A stretch of 56,144 nt of DNA from a virus (Duplodnaviria > Caudoviricetes), in IMG/VR virus record IMGVR_UViG_3300042197_002821, positions 1 through 56,144 of that record; one strand, given 5' to 3'. A program made the translations under genes and the position numbers. This document shows positions 24,217-34,279 of the stretch, piece after piece; positions within the stretch are counted from its first letter, which is position 1; every line of letters starts with the position of its first letter. The notes below the pieces were generated by a model. The model was not told where the DNA came from and did no database searches. It saw only the letters and a list, made by a program, of their open reading frames with translations.

Positions 24217-27200
24217 ATGGCAAGACAAATTATCGACATCGGTCTAGAGGGCAACGACGGTACCGGTGACAGTTTACGAGAATCATTTAGGAAATCCAAC
24301 GAAAATTTCAGAGAGCTATATGCTATCTTTACCAAAGAGGGCGAGCTTTCTTTCTTAGATCTAGGTGATACTCCAGACAATTTTGACGGCGCTGCTAACA
24401 AACTCTTAGTAGTAAACTCCAACGAAGATTCTATAATTTTCAAAGAACTAGTGGAAGGTGACGGGATCAGATTCCAAGTCGATTCTACTAGTATCACGCT
24501 GATCTCTGAACCTATATCTAGACTCATAGATGACGGTCGACCAAGATTACAGACACATCTCAGCGCCAAAGGTAACGCCCTAGGCAACATCTCAGTGCCC
24601 ACAGCCGACAACGGACTGCTCACTGAGTACGTGATCACGCACCCAGACGAGCAAAGCATCGATATCAACAGTTTCGCTATCAACAAAGGATATGCTGATG
24701 ATCGATATGTAGATCGTGCGGGAGACTTGATCACGGGCAATATCAGGAGCACCATACAAGAAAGATCACTACCTGAATATAGGGTCATAGTTTCCTATAC
24801 CGCAGAAGGATTTTTAAACATCCCCAATCACCAACTGAGCGCCGCTGACGTCGATGGGGATCCTTGGATTTATTCCAGCACAGGTACTTCAGCGGCAGGC
24901 GTGGTCAACAACCAAACATATTATCTAAGAGTTGTAGGCGCTAATACACTGAGCCTACATACCGACGCCGCGGGCGCTCTCACCGGTACCGGCGCTAGAG
25001 TGATGAGTGGCGGCACGGGCACACAGAGCATAAAAGGCCAGTATTACAATCCTTTACTGCTAGGTAATTGGAATCCAGATGAGCTCATGACCAGGAATTA
25101 CATAGTGCGCCGACAGGGCGATGCTATGACTGGTCCATTGTATCTCAACGACCACCCGCCTCCACTTTCCGGATCTGGAACTCCCACAGGCATCGAGGAC
25201 CTACGTGCAGCCAGCAAATTTTACGTGGACAACTCCAGCTTTGCCAGCAAGGTCAACCTCTATGTTTCTACATCAGGATCTGATGATCAGCCATTTACTC
25301 CACCTGGACGAGAAGGTAGATCGCTGGCCTATGCTTTCGCTTCTGTGGGCAAGGCCTGCGGAGTAGCCGAAGAAATCATAAGAGACTCTGAGTGGGAACC
25401 AGGACCTTACAGACAGTTAATAGCATTTAACAGTGGTGCCAGCTATTCTACGCTGAAGGCTGTGCATACACCAACCAGTGCTTCAGTGCTACAGCCCGAC
25501 GATGGCGCATCAACGAGGATATTCTTTTCTAACAACAACGGCTCTAGGGTAGATCAAGGTGCTGCAGCCAATCAGGACATCGTACCTGGAAAACTGGTCA
25601 GAGGTGTGCTGTCAAACGCTCACGGATTCATAACCTATTATTATGGTGTCAGCACTGCAGCACAGATCAGCGCCGACGCTGGAGTTCAGAGCACTGACTA
25701 TCTAGATCTTAGAAACGTCAAGGGAACTTTCGCGGTAGCTAAAAATATCAACGGTGTTACTACTTGGAGTTTCGATGGAACAGTGATCACCGTGACCAGC
25801 GCGGGCCACGGTTTATATCCTGGACAGACTATAACCGTTTCTGGTGCGATCACGGCTTCTAACTCTCCCAACGGCACTTTCATCGTCGACACTGTGGTCA
25901 ATGCCAACACATTTACCTACAAAGTCGCCCAGGCACCGGGAGGTACCACCGCTTCGGGATCTCTAAACATACAGGTTCAAGGTGAAAATCTAGAATTCGC
26001 AGAGCCGGTCAAGATACAGCAGGTAACTGTGATCGTGGAAAGCGGTATCTACTACGAAGACTTTCCTATAAGATTGGCAGCCAACGTTTCTATCCTAGGC
26101 GATGAATATAGACGCTGCATAATCCGACCCAAAAACAGAGCAAGCCAGAGCCGTTGGGTCGACCTTTGGTTTTACAGAGATACCATGTTCGATGGCATGC
26201 ACATCGCTACAGCCGGAACACCATACACTAATCCACAGACCAACGAAGTAGACGGATACTATGGATATCATTACCTATCAGATCCTACAGATATAAATTC
26301 TACACCAAAAAACAACCAAGAGATAGATTGCTTCCTCTGCGGTGATGCTACCATCGTCCGCCAGATAACTGTGCAAGGGCAGGGCGGATTCATGATGGTC
26401 TTAGATCCAGAAACACAGATATTATCAAAGTCCCCTTACTGCCAACAGGGATCTAGTTTTTCTGGCAGCATAAACAAACAGAGATTCGCAGGCGGACAGT
26501 TTGTGGACGGTTTCACTGGGAACATGAACGCTGAAGTCTTAGAGGTTGTTGACACTGAAACTCTTAAAATAACAGGAATACCTAGACCTCCACAGGTGCC
26601 AACTTCGTACTTCGTCACAGGCCGTAGGTTTAAGATCAACGATTACACCCCTGCAAGTAACGGTGACGATAATGCTGCTGAAATACTAGAAATCAATAGA
26701 CAATTCATCATCGAGGAAGTTTCAGCATATATCGGTGCTCCAGTAACATCCAACGGTCTAGGCTTCGAGGATTACAACGAAGTCAAGTGCCGCAGAGACA
26801 TTGGATATCTCGTCGATGCTTTGGCTTTCGATCTTAGATATGGCGGCAACACACAGTCTATATTTGCTGCGAGAAAATATCATTATGGTGTCATAGAGAG
26901 ATTGCCCAGCGAGCAAGTTTCTTACACGAAGTCAGCATATCTACATCTAGCAGTTATCGCCAAAGATATAATAACCAATACCACTATATCAACCTCATAC
27001 CAAGGAATCATCGCCCAGAATAAAACGCTGACATCGGGCGATCCTTTGACTAGATCGCGCATCGATACCCTGATAACTTTGATCAACGATATCATCGAAA
27101 ACGGTGCCAGTGTCGCTCCCCAGATAGGAGAACAGAACTATGAGTATCCGACCTTCTCGCTGATCATAGATGCTGGCACACCCGTGCAATCAGCACCTCC

Positions 27201-30200
27201 CAGCATTATAACACTGTTGACCGCTGGTAACACTTCGATGCTGAGCAACGACTTTACCCAGGTCAACGATCTCGGCTATGGTCTAGTAGGCGTGAACAAT
27301 GCTCTAGTAGAAACCGTGTCAGTGTTCACCTACTACTGTCAAGCAGCTTTTTATGTGTCCAACGGTGCCCAAATACGATCACTGAACGGTTCTAGCTGCC
27401 AGGGTGTCTTCGGGCTAATAGCCGAAGGATCAGATCCCTTGGAAGTTCCAGACCAAGTGATCTTAAATGACGATACCGCACAGTACGCCAAGGTATTCAA
27501 GAGATTTTCTTACAGCAACGAAGGGGTTGTTGAAAAATTTGAGTTCATGATCGAAAATTTTGATTACATCCCCTACGACAGCGGATTTGTTGAGATCGAT
27601 CACGGGGGCATCATCGGAATCGCTGTCTATCCCGTATCGAATTACAGTGAAGCTTCCGCTGGTGTTGGGGAGCCGGGCGTAACCTATCCGGCAGGCAGCG
27701 TGTTAAGAGTTACCCTAACTATATCAAACATTGCAGGAATCACCAACGGCTTGGCTGCTGATCTCGTTGACGGCCAAAAGGTTTTGATCAGGAATGGTTC
27801 TCAGTTAAAATTCCGTAACGTCTTAGAAGTACGCCCAACTAGACCATCGACTGCACTGACATTAGTCGGTGATCCTGACACAAACATTGATCCAGCGACA
27901 GGAAGAGAAAATGCGCCAGTGTATCGAGTCATCGCTTATAATCTGAGAGATCCGTTAGGCAATGCTTTAAATCGATCACTGAATGTTATCGCAGCAAGTA
28001 ATACCAATCCTTTGGTATTGACTCTTTCAGCTAATCATGGATTCGCAGATGGAGATTACATCAAGCTCACTGGCTTGCAGACTTCCTGGAAAAGCATAGA
28101 ATACGATCCGCTGACCGACAACAGATACTATGTCAAAGTCACAGGCTACGATCCTGACACTGTCGCTGTATATACGAACTCGGCATTAACCAATGGTGTC
28201 AATAGCAGCTCTCTGCCTCTGTTTGCCGCACAGCAAACCGAATCTGTGACATTAAACTATGATATCGCGATCTTAGAAGCGGACGAACCTTACAAATACA
28301 TCGAAATAGATGTGCATCCCACTGCTTATCTACAGACCGAGGCAGCATCGGGATACATCACAGGCGGCTCTGGATCTAAAACATTGGGCAATACCGCAGG
28401 TGACACTTACATCGCTATACGACCTGTAACGGCTAATAGACTGATAAAACTGAGATTAGAAACTGCTCAGATGCTGTTTGGTTGGGATGGAAAAATACAT
28501 CGCATCATCGGACTAATCAAAGGTCCCGATAGCTACCTCGGTGATCAAGGCTATGATATCATAAGGATTTCAGACATTGGAGTCGACGGTAACCCTCTGC
28601 AGAATATAAATTCACCAGCTGGGGGTGCTGGTCTCTATAGTGCAGTAAAAGCCGATCAGGAGATCAACGTAGGCCTGTCTAAAGGTGAAGCCGCAGAGGT
28701 CGTAGTTAATATCTCTACATGTAGGGCCACAGGTCATGATTTCTTAGACATCGGCACTGGCGGATATAATGAAACCAACTATCCAGAGAAGATCTACGGA
28801 GCACCGATCAATAAGGTTAATCCTGATGAGAGGATCGTTCTCGAAAAAACTCGAGGTCGAGTGTTCCATGCGTCCACTGACCAAAACGGATTCTTTAGAA
28901 TCGGAAGATTCTTCTCGGTAGATCAGGGCACTGGCGAAGTTACCATCGATGCTGGTCGCATATCGCTGACTGGAGTCACTGGCCTTAAATTCCGAAGTGG
29001 TGTTCGAGTCACAGAGTTTAGTGCCGACAGTACATTTGCTTCTGCAACTAACGAAAACGTAGCTACCATGCTGGCTGTGGAAAATTATATCGATGCCAGG
29101 CTAGGAAAAAATCGTAGCCAAGACCTATCGAACTCAAACATTGGTGGCGCCGGTTTCTTAGATGCTGACGGCATCGTTAATTACAGGGGAGGATCAGATC
29201 CGACCAACAAAAGACCATTAAATCTAGGAGGCGCTAGAATCGCTAACCTAGCCAATCCTATCAATCTACAGGATGCTGCTACTAAGTTTTATGTCGACGA
29301 TCAAGAACTGTCCGATGATCGAGTAGATACCACTACCGCTCCGGCCAAAGCCGCGAATGACGTCTTAGTTTGGAACGGCACTAAATGGGTTAATGCGGAA
29401 ACTGCCACTACTGGTGATATTGCTACATCGCTGAACGGCAAAGCGCTGGCCCTTAACATCAAATCTGGGGCGATCATCGACGGCGATGTTAATACCAACG
29501 CTGCTGTCACACAGACTAAATTAGACCTAAGGAACAGTCCTGTGTCTAGGGCCAATTCTTTAGTGGTCACAGCTACCAGCGGAAACGGCACCACGGCTAC
29601 GCTGAGTTTTGGCAATCAAAGCGAGCCGCCATTTTCGATAGGAAGTTATATACAAGTTTCCAATGTAGCACCTTCTGCGTATAACGGGACTTTCCAAGTC
29701 ACTGCATGTACACCGACTACTGTATCTTATACTTCTACGGCCACGGGAGGTATCGTATCACAGGGCACCGTAGCTGCACAGAAAGGTATAGCAGCATTTA
29801 ACAGCGTAGAATTTAACAGCACCTCTGGTTGGATATCTTTACGGGACAACGGTATAGCTAAGAGCAAACTCGATCTAATCGGGCCACAAACTGTGCTAGG
29901 AAATAAAAGCCCGCCCGGGGGCGAAAGATTGGCACCCGCAGAGATCTCATTCTCAGACATCATAGCAGGAGGAGGTGCTGTTTCGAGAAGCGAATTCACA
30001 TCAAACGGTGCGATGACCGTATCTATCGATCAGGGCACTAGTATTAGGACTTTCAGCGTAACTGGAATATCGATATCGTCGAGCAGTGCTGGTAATAAAC
30101 TAGTGCAGAGAAATTCCAACGGTAAAGGCAGTGTCACGGTTCTACAGTTAAACGATAAAGATGCTCTGCTGCATGGTAGTGACAGCGATATCAAATTGAT

Positions 30201-30867
30201 ATCCCCCGATGGCGTGTACACGCTGCTCACTGGTAAAGGTACTAACAGCACAAATGCTGAATTGACTCTGCACGGAAATACCACTGTCAACGGAAATATA
30301 ACTGCTAATGGTGCTGTTACTAATATAAGTTGTGGGAATCAAGTTTCAGGAAAAATCGGATCTTTCTCTGAAAGTGTCAAGACTGCCAATCTCTTAGCTC
30401 GAGATTCTGGCGGAAATACTAATAACAACACCTTAGGAACGATACAAGGATATTGGTCCTTGACTGATGGTTCTAGATTAGAGGCTACCTATGCCGACTT
30501 AGCTGAATATTACGAAGCGGATAAAGTCTACGAAATCGGAACAGTTCTAGTGTTCGGCGGCGAAAAGGAAGTCACAGTTACCAGCAACCACGAAGATCGC
30601 AGAGTCGCGGGAGTCGTATCGGAACACGCTGCATTCATCATGAATCAACAATGTCCTGGCATCAAGATCTGTATAGCACTACAAGGTCGTGTTCCGGTAA
30701 AAGTCATAGGCAGAGTGCGCAAAGGCGATATGCTGGTAGCTGCGGCGAGACCTGGATATGCCATAGTCAGCCACGATCCGAAACTAGGATCTGTGATAGG
30801 CAAGTCTCTAGAAAACAAAGACACGCTAGACGATGGTATGGTAGAAGTTTCTGTAGGTAAAATGTAA
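24217..30867 (+). CDS. Large baseplate/tail-fibre protein with probable C-terminal chaperone domain
   Basis: IDIG..GNDGTGDSLRESF.K.NENF.ELY (gp9/gp10-like N-terminus); repeated HG...G..I beta domains; DAATKFYVD; YADLAEYYEAD. Confidence 0.85.
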   Translation: MARQIIDIGLEGNDGTGDSLRESFRKSNENFRELYAIFTKEGELSFLDLGDTPDNFDGAANKLLVVNSNEDSIIFKELVEGDGIRFQVDSTSITLISEPISRLIDDGRPRLQTHLSAKGNALGNISVPTADNGLLTEYVITHPDEQSIDINSFAINKGYADDRYVDRAGDLITGNIRSTIQERSLPEYRVIVSYTAEGFLNIPNHQLSAADVDGDPWIYSSTGTSAAGVVNNQTYYLRVVGANTLSLHTDAAGALTGTGARVMSGGTGTQSIKGQYYNPLLLGNWNPDELMTRNYIVRRQGDAMTGPLYLNDHPPPLSGSGTPTGIEDLRAASKFYVDNSSFASKVNLYVSTSGSDDQPFTPPGREGRSLAYAFASVGKACGVAEEIIRDSEWEPGPYRQLIAFNSGASYSTLKAVHTPTSASVLQPDDGASTRIFFSNNNGSRVDQGAAANQDIVPGKLVRGVLSNAHGFITYYYGVSTAAQISADAGVQSTDYLDLRNVKGTFAVAKNINGVTTWSFDGTVITVTSAGHGLYPGQTITVSGAITASNSPNGTFIVDTVVNANTFTYKVAQAPGGTTASGSLNIQVQGENLEFAEPVKIQQVTVIVESGIYYEDFPIRLAANVSILGDEYRRCIIRPKNRASQSRWVDLWFYRDTMFDGMHIATAGTPYTNPQTNEVDGYYGYHYLSDPTDINSTPKNNQEIDCFLCGDATIVRQITVQGQGGFMMVLDPETQILSKSPYCQQGSSFSGSINKQRFAGGQFVDGFTGNMNAEVLEVVDTETLKITGIPRPPQVPTSYFVTGRRFKINDYTPASNGDDNAAEILEINRQFIIEEVSAYIGAPVTSNGLGFEDYNEVKCRRDIGYLVDALAFDLRYGGNTQSIFAARKYHYGVIERLPSEQVSYTKSAYLHLAVIAKDIITNTTISTSYQGIIAQNKTLTSGDPLTRSRIDTLITLINDIIENGASVAPQIGEQNYEYPTFSLIIDAGTPVQSAPPSIITLLTAGNTSMLSNDFTQVNDLGYGLVGVNNALVETVSVFTYYCQAAFYVSNGAQIRSLNGSSCQGVFGLIAEGSDPLEVPDQVILNDDTAQYAKVFKRFSYSNEGVVEKFEFMIENFDYIPYDSGFVEIDHGGIIGIAVYPVSNYSEASAGVGEPGVTYPAGSVLRVTLTISNIAGITNGLAADLVDGQKVLIRNGSQLKFRNVLEVRPTRPSTALTLVGDPDTNIDPATGRENAPVYRVIAYNLRDPLGNALNRSLNVIAASNTNPLVLTLSANHGFADGDYIKLTGLQTSWKSIEYDPLTDNRYYVKVTGYDPDTVAVYTNSALTNGVNSSSLPLFAAQQTESVTLNYDIAILEADEPYKYIEIDVHPTAYLQTEAASGYITGGSGSKTLGNTAGDTYIAIRPVTANRLIKLRLETAQMLFGWDGKIHRIIGLIKGPDSYLGDQGYDIIRISDIGVDGNPLQNINSPAGGAGLYSAVKADQEINVGLSKGEAAEVVVNISTCRATGHDFLDIGTGGYNETNYPEKIYGAPINKVNPDERIVLEKTRGRVFHASTDQNGFFRIGRFFSVDQGTGEVTIDAGRISLTGVTGLKFRSGVRVTEFSADSTFASATNENVATMLAVENYIDARLGKNRSQDLSNSNIGGAGFLDADGIVNYRGGSDPTNKRPLNLGGARIANLANPINLQDAATKFYVDDQELSDDRVDTTTAPAKAANDVLVWNGTKWVNAETATTGDIATSLNGKALALNIKSGAIIDGDVNTNAAVTQTKLDLRNSPVSRANSLVVTATSGNGTTATLSFGNQSEPPFSIGSYIQVSNVAPSAYNGTFQVTACTPTTVSYTSTATGGIVSQGTVAAQKGIAAFNSVEFNSTSGWISLRDNGIAKSKLDLIGPQTVLGNKSPPGGERLAPAEISFSDIIAGGGAVSRSEFTSNGAMTVSIDQGTSIRTFSVTGISISSSSAGNKLVQRNSNGKGSVTVLQLNDKDALLHGSDSDIKLISPDGVYTLLTGKGTNSTNAELTLHGNTTVNGNITANGAVTNISCGNQVSGKIGSFSESVKTANLLARDSGGNTNNNTLGTIQGYWSLTDGSRLEATYADLAEYYEADKVYEIGTVLVFGGEKEVTVTSNHEDRRVAGVVSEHAAFIMNQQCPGIKICIALQGRVPVKVIGRVRKGDMLVAAARPGYAIVSHDPKLGSVIGKSLENKDTLDDGMVEVSVGKM

Positions 30868-30877
30868 GGAGTCAAAC

Positions 30878-31552
30878 ATGGCATTACAAGTCATAGATCT
30901 AGGAACACAGGCCAACGACGGAACCGGTGACGACCTACGGACCGCATTCGAAAAAGTCATAGCTAATTTTGAGTATCTCGAAGGACTACTGACTGCACCA
31001 GTTACCGCAGCCAACCTCGGAGCATATACTGATCAAGGTGTATTCAAAGAAAAAATCGATAATGTGCTGTATTTTAAAACCGTCGTGGGCGACGATAATA
31101 TCGAAGTGCAGTCCACAGACAATGAATTATTGATAGGGCTAGCCGATGACATAGATTTCAGAGATGGTGATCTTTCTAATGTTGGAAATATAAATCTCAA
31201 AGGAACTATAACGGCCGCGCAGACCAGTCAGGGATATTTTGGCCCTACCAGCGGAGTCCATGTTGGCGTCGTCAACGGTACCGTCTATGCTCCCTTAGGT
31301 ACATTTGGTCTACAGGGTGATGTAGTAGGAAGAAATCCTAATGTAGGTAATCTAGTCCAAGATTATCAACCAGCAAAAGTGGATGGTGTCGCTGTCAAAG
31401 ATCTTTATGCTACTGTACATAGTTTCGATTTTGGCAGCATCGTCGATGAACTAGCTAACCCCATACAGTATATACTATCACAGATAGGTATGGATCTAGG
31501 AACTATAACCAGTCCGTCAAACATTAAGATCGATGCTGGCGGAATAATCTAA
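30878..31552 (+). CDS. Baseplate/fibre-associated protein
   Basis: Same ANDGTGDDLRTAFEKV..NF N-terminus. Confidence 0.8.
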   Translation: MALQVIDLGTQANDGTGDDLRTAFEKVIANFEYLEGLLTAPVTAANLGAYTDQGVFKEKIDNVLYFKTVVGDDNIEVQSTDNELLIGLADDIDFRDGDLSNVGNINLKGTITAAQTSQGYFGPTSGVHVGVVNGTVYAPLGTFGLQGDVVGRNPNVGNLVQDYQPAKVDGVAVKDLYATVHSFDFGSIVDELANPIQYILSQIGMDLGTITSPSNIKIDAGGII

Positions 31553-31561
31553 GAGACCGCG

Positions 31562-34258
31562 ATGTCTGATATATGGCGCTTTGAGTCAGGTTACAATCTA
31601 GGAACTCTACAAGAAAGAAGGAAAGTAGAGCTAGTATTACCTCTGGCCAATGAATCTCTCAACAAAGAATTGAGATTTTCTGTGATAGCAGGCAATCTAC
31701 CATCGGGTTTAGTATTAGAGGAAAATAAAATCGTAGGAGTTCCTCTAGAAGTAGTAAGGCCAACAACATCAACCTTCGTGATACGTGCCCAAGAAATGTC
31801 AGCGATCGGGCCTTTGATGATCGAAGACCGCACATACAGCCTAACCGTGGAAGGGTTCGATGTTCCAGAATGGCGAACTCCAGCTGGGCCATTGTCTCTC
31901 AACGGCACTCAAAAATTATTCATCCTAGACAATACCTATGTGGATTTTAAACTATCTGCCGTGGACAGAGATTTGCCGGCAGGTGATTTCCTAGAATATT
32001 TTATCGCCGACGGCAACGGCAGTCTACCGGATGGGTTGACTTTATATCCCGATGGTTCTATCAAAGGCACCATCGATCCTATATTAGCCTTAGATGTTTC
32101 TGCACAAGAAGCATTTTTTGACGGCATACGCTACGATTCTCAACCCTACGATTTCGCCGAGCTACCTGCCACAGGTGCGGATACCTACCCATACGACACA
32201 GTACCTTATGGTTATAATGTTAGGGTACGGACACCAAAAAAACTCAATCGCAACTACCAATTCATAGTAACGGTATCCGATGGTGAAAATCTAGTCAATC
32301 GCACTTTCAGTGTTTATGTAGTCGGTGACGACTTCTTGAGAGCAGACAATACGATCATGCGTGTGGGCACCGGTGTTTTCACTTCTGATAACACTTACCT
32401 AAGAGCGCCAGTCTGGTTAACTCCTAATAATTTAGGTGTGAGGAGAGCTGACAATTATGTGACTGTTTTCTTAGATGTGCTAGATGCTAATCCAGATCTA
32501 GGACCAGTGGTCTATAATCTGCAGGAAAAAAATAGAGATAACACTGACAGTCGTCTACCAGAAGGACTATTCTTAGATCAAAGCAACGGGGAAATATTTG
32601 GATTCATCCCCTACCAGCCAGCGGTGACCAGAGAATATCGATTCACTGTCACTGCCAACAAATATGATGTCACTGCTATATCACAGGTAGAAGTGGCTGT
32701 CAGAGTCTATGAAAATGCTAATATAGGACAGACCTATTTAAAGATATATCCGCTGATCGCAGAAGATGTTGCTCTCATAATCTTTGATTTCCTGCGGCTG
32801 GGCAACTATTCCTACCAAGTGAGAAGCTATGAAGATCGCGATCCTGCTACACAATTACCTTATAACGGATTCGCATTTCTGAGACTAGACCGTTCTCTGA
32901 TCTTAGACATACCTGCAGAGTATGTGATATCTAAAACTTTTTATACCACCAATGTAGAAGGCAGCACAACCAGCGCCAGCAAAGAGTTTTACATCTCTAC
33001 GATCGGAGAAGTAGACAGCGTAATCAAATATCTAACAGCGCCGGAATTAGAACCTCTGAGAAGCAATTTCGCTAGCACACTATCAGTAAAAGCAGAGTCA
33101 TCAGTGCCCAAAGCTGTGATGACATACAGGATAACCAAAGGCAGACTTCCCCCAGGGCTAGAGTTAAAAGTCACTGGGGAAATTACGGGAAAGACTGCGC
33201 AATTCGGTACACCATCTAATCCAGGTCTGACGCTGATAGATACCAAAGAAACTACCTTCGACGGTGGTCTGACCACGTTCGATCGGGAATACAAAGTTTC
33301 TATCCTAGCACAGGATCAGTTCAGACTCAGTGGTATTACCAGAGAGTTTACTGTAAAAGTGCTAGACTCAGATGATCGACTTTATAGCAGTATCTATGCT
33401 AGACCTTATCAAAGACTGGACAAGCGATACCTATGGCAGAACTTTATCAGCGATATGAGTATATTCACCCCTGATAAAATCTACAGAGCCAGCGATCCAG
33501 CATACGGTGTACAAGACAGTCTCAAGATGTTGATCTATCCTGGTATAGAAACCACAGAGATAGGAAAGTTAATAACCGCATTTAACACTAATGCTAAGAA
33601 GAAGAGATTTCGGCTCGGCGCAGCAAAAAAGGCCGTGGCTAAAAAACAGGGCACAGACGATGTCATCTATGAAGTGATCTACATAGAAGTTATGGATCCT
33701 TACCAGAATACCAAGGGCACGATATCTGAAAAGATCAAGCTTAATAAAAACATCAATTCTCCGGTACTGGTAAATCAGTCAAACTATGATAAGATCAATG
33801 GCGATCCTGGCACATCAGCAAACATCAGCAAACAAAACCTAGACGAGCTAGGGAGATTCCGTCCTATAAACGAGGCTTTAAAAATCAGCAGCCGAGCTGT
33901 GAATATCAGCGGAAAAGATCAAGAATATCTTTATCCTACAACCGTAGAACACATGAGATCCAATCTAGAAAAGATACAGATCGCAGACGGAATCAGTATT
34001 TCTATAGAAAACGAATATTTGCCGTTATGGATGAAAACTCCGCAGAGTAGGAGCCAGGCTGCTACAGGATTTATAAAAGCGATCCCTATATGTTATTGCA
34101 ATCCCGGTGACGGTGATTACATATTAGAAAACATCGAAAATTCGGGATTCGACTTTTCAGAGCTAGATTACGAAATCGATAGATTGATCGTTGATGCTAC
34201 TATGGAAAACAGCCAGGAACAGTTTATAAAGTTCAATAGCCAGCAGTATAATGTATAA
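31562..34258 (+). CDS. Virion protein with repeated Ig-like domains
   Basis: Repeats GNLPSGL, GSLPDGL, SRLPEGL, GRLPPGL followed by G.I.G. Confidence 0.8.
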   Translation: MSDIWRFESGYNLGTLQERRKVELVLPLANESLNKELRFSVIAGNLPSGLVLEENKIVGVPLEVVRPTTSTFVIRAQEMSAIGPLMIEDRTYSLTVEGFDVPEWRTPAGPLSLNGTQKLFILDNTYVDFKLSAVDRDLPAGDFLEYFIADGNGSLPDGLTLYPDGSIKGTIDPILALDVSAQEAFFDGIRYDSQPYDFAELPATGADTYPYDTVPYGYNVRVRTPKKLNRNYQFIVTVSDGENLVNRTFSVYVVGDDFLRADNTIMRVGTGVFTSDNTYLRAPVWLTPNNLGVRRADNYVTVFLDVLDANPDLGPVVYNLQEKNRDNTDSRLPEGLFLDQSNGEIFGFIPYQPAVTREYRFTVTANKYDVTAISQVEVAVRVYENANIGQTYLKIYPLIAEDVALIIFDFLRLGNYSYQVRSYEDRDPATQLPYNGFAFLRLDRSLILDIPAEYVISKTFYTTNVEGSTTSASKEFYISTIGEVDSVIKYLTAPELEPLRSNFASTLSVKAESSVPKAVMTYRITKGRLPPGLELKVTGEITGKTAQFGTPSNPGLTLIDTKETTFDGGLTTFDREYKVSILAQDQFRLSGITREFTVKVLDSDDRLYSSIYARPYQRLDKRYLWQNFISDMSIFTPDKIYRASDPAYGVQDSLKMLIYPGIETTEIGKLITAFNTNAKKKRFRLGAAKKAVAKKQGTDDVIYEVIYIEVMDPYQNTKGTISEKIKLNKNINSPVLVNQSNYDKINGDPGTSANISKQNLDELGRFRPINEALKISSRAVNISGKDQEYLYPTTVEHMRSNLEKIQIADGISISIENEYLPLWMKTPQSRSQAATGFIKAIPICYCNPGDGDYILENIENSGFDFSELDYEIDRLIVDATMENSQEQFIKFNSQQYNV

Positions 34259-34261
34259 ATA
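34254..34261 (+). promoter_or_regulatory. T4 late promoter consensus TATAAATA
   Basis: Exact match upstream of 34280. Confidence 0.7.
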
Positions 34262-34279
34262 GCACATAGAGGATAAAAA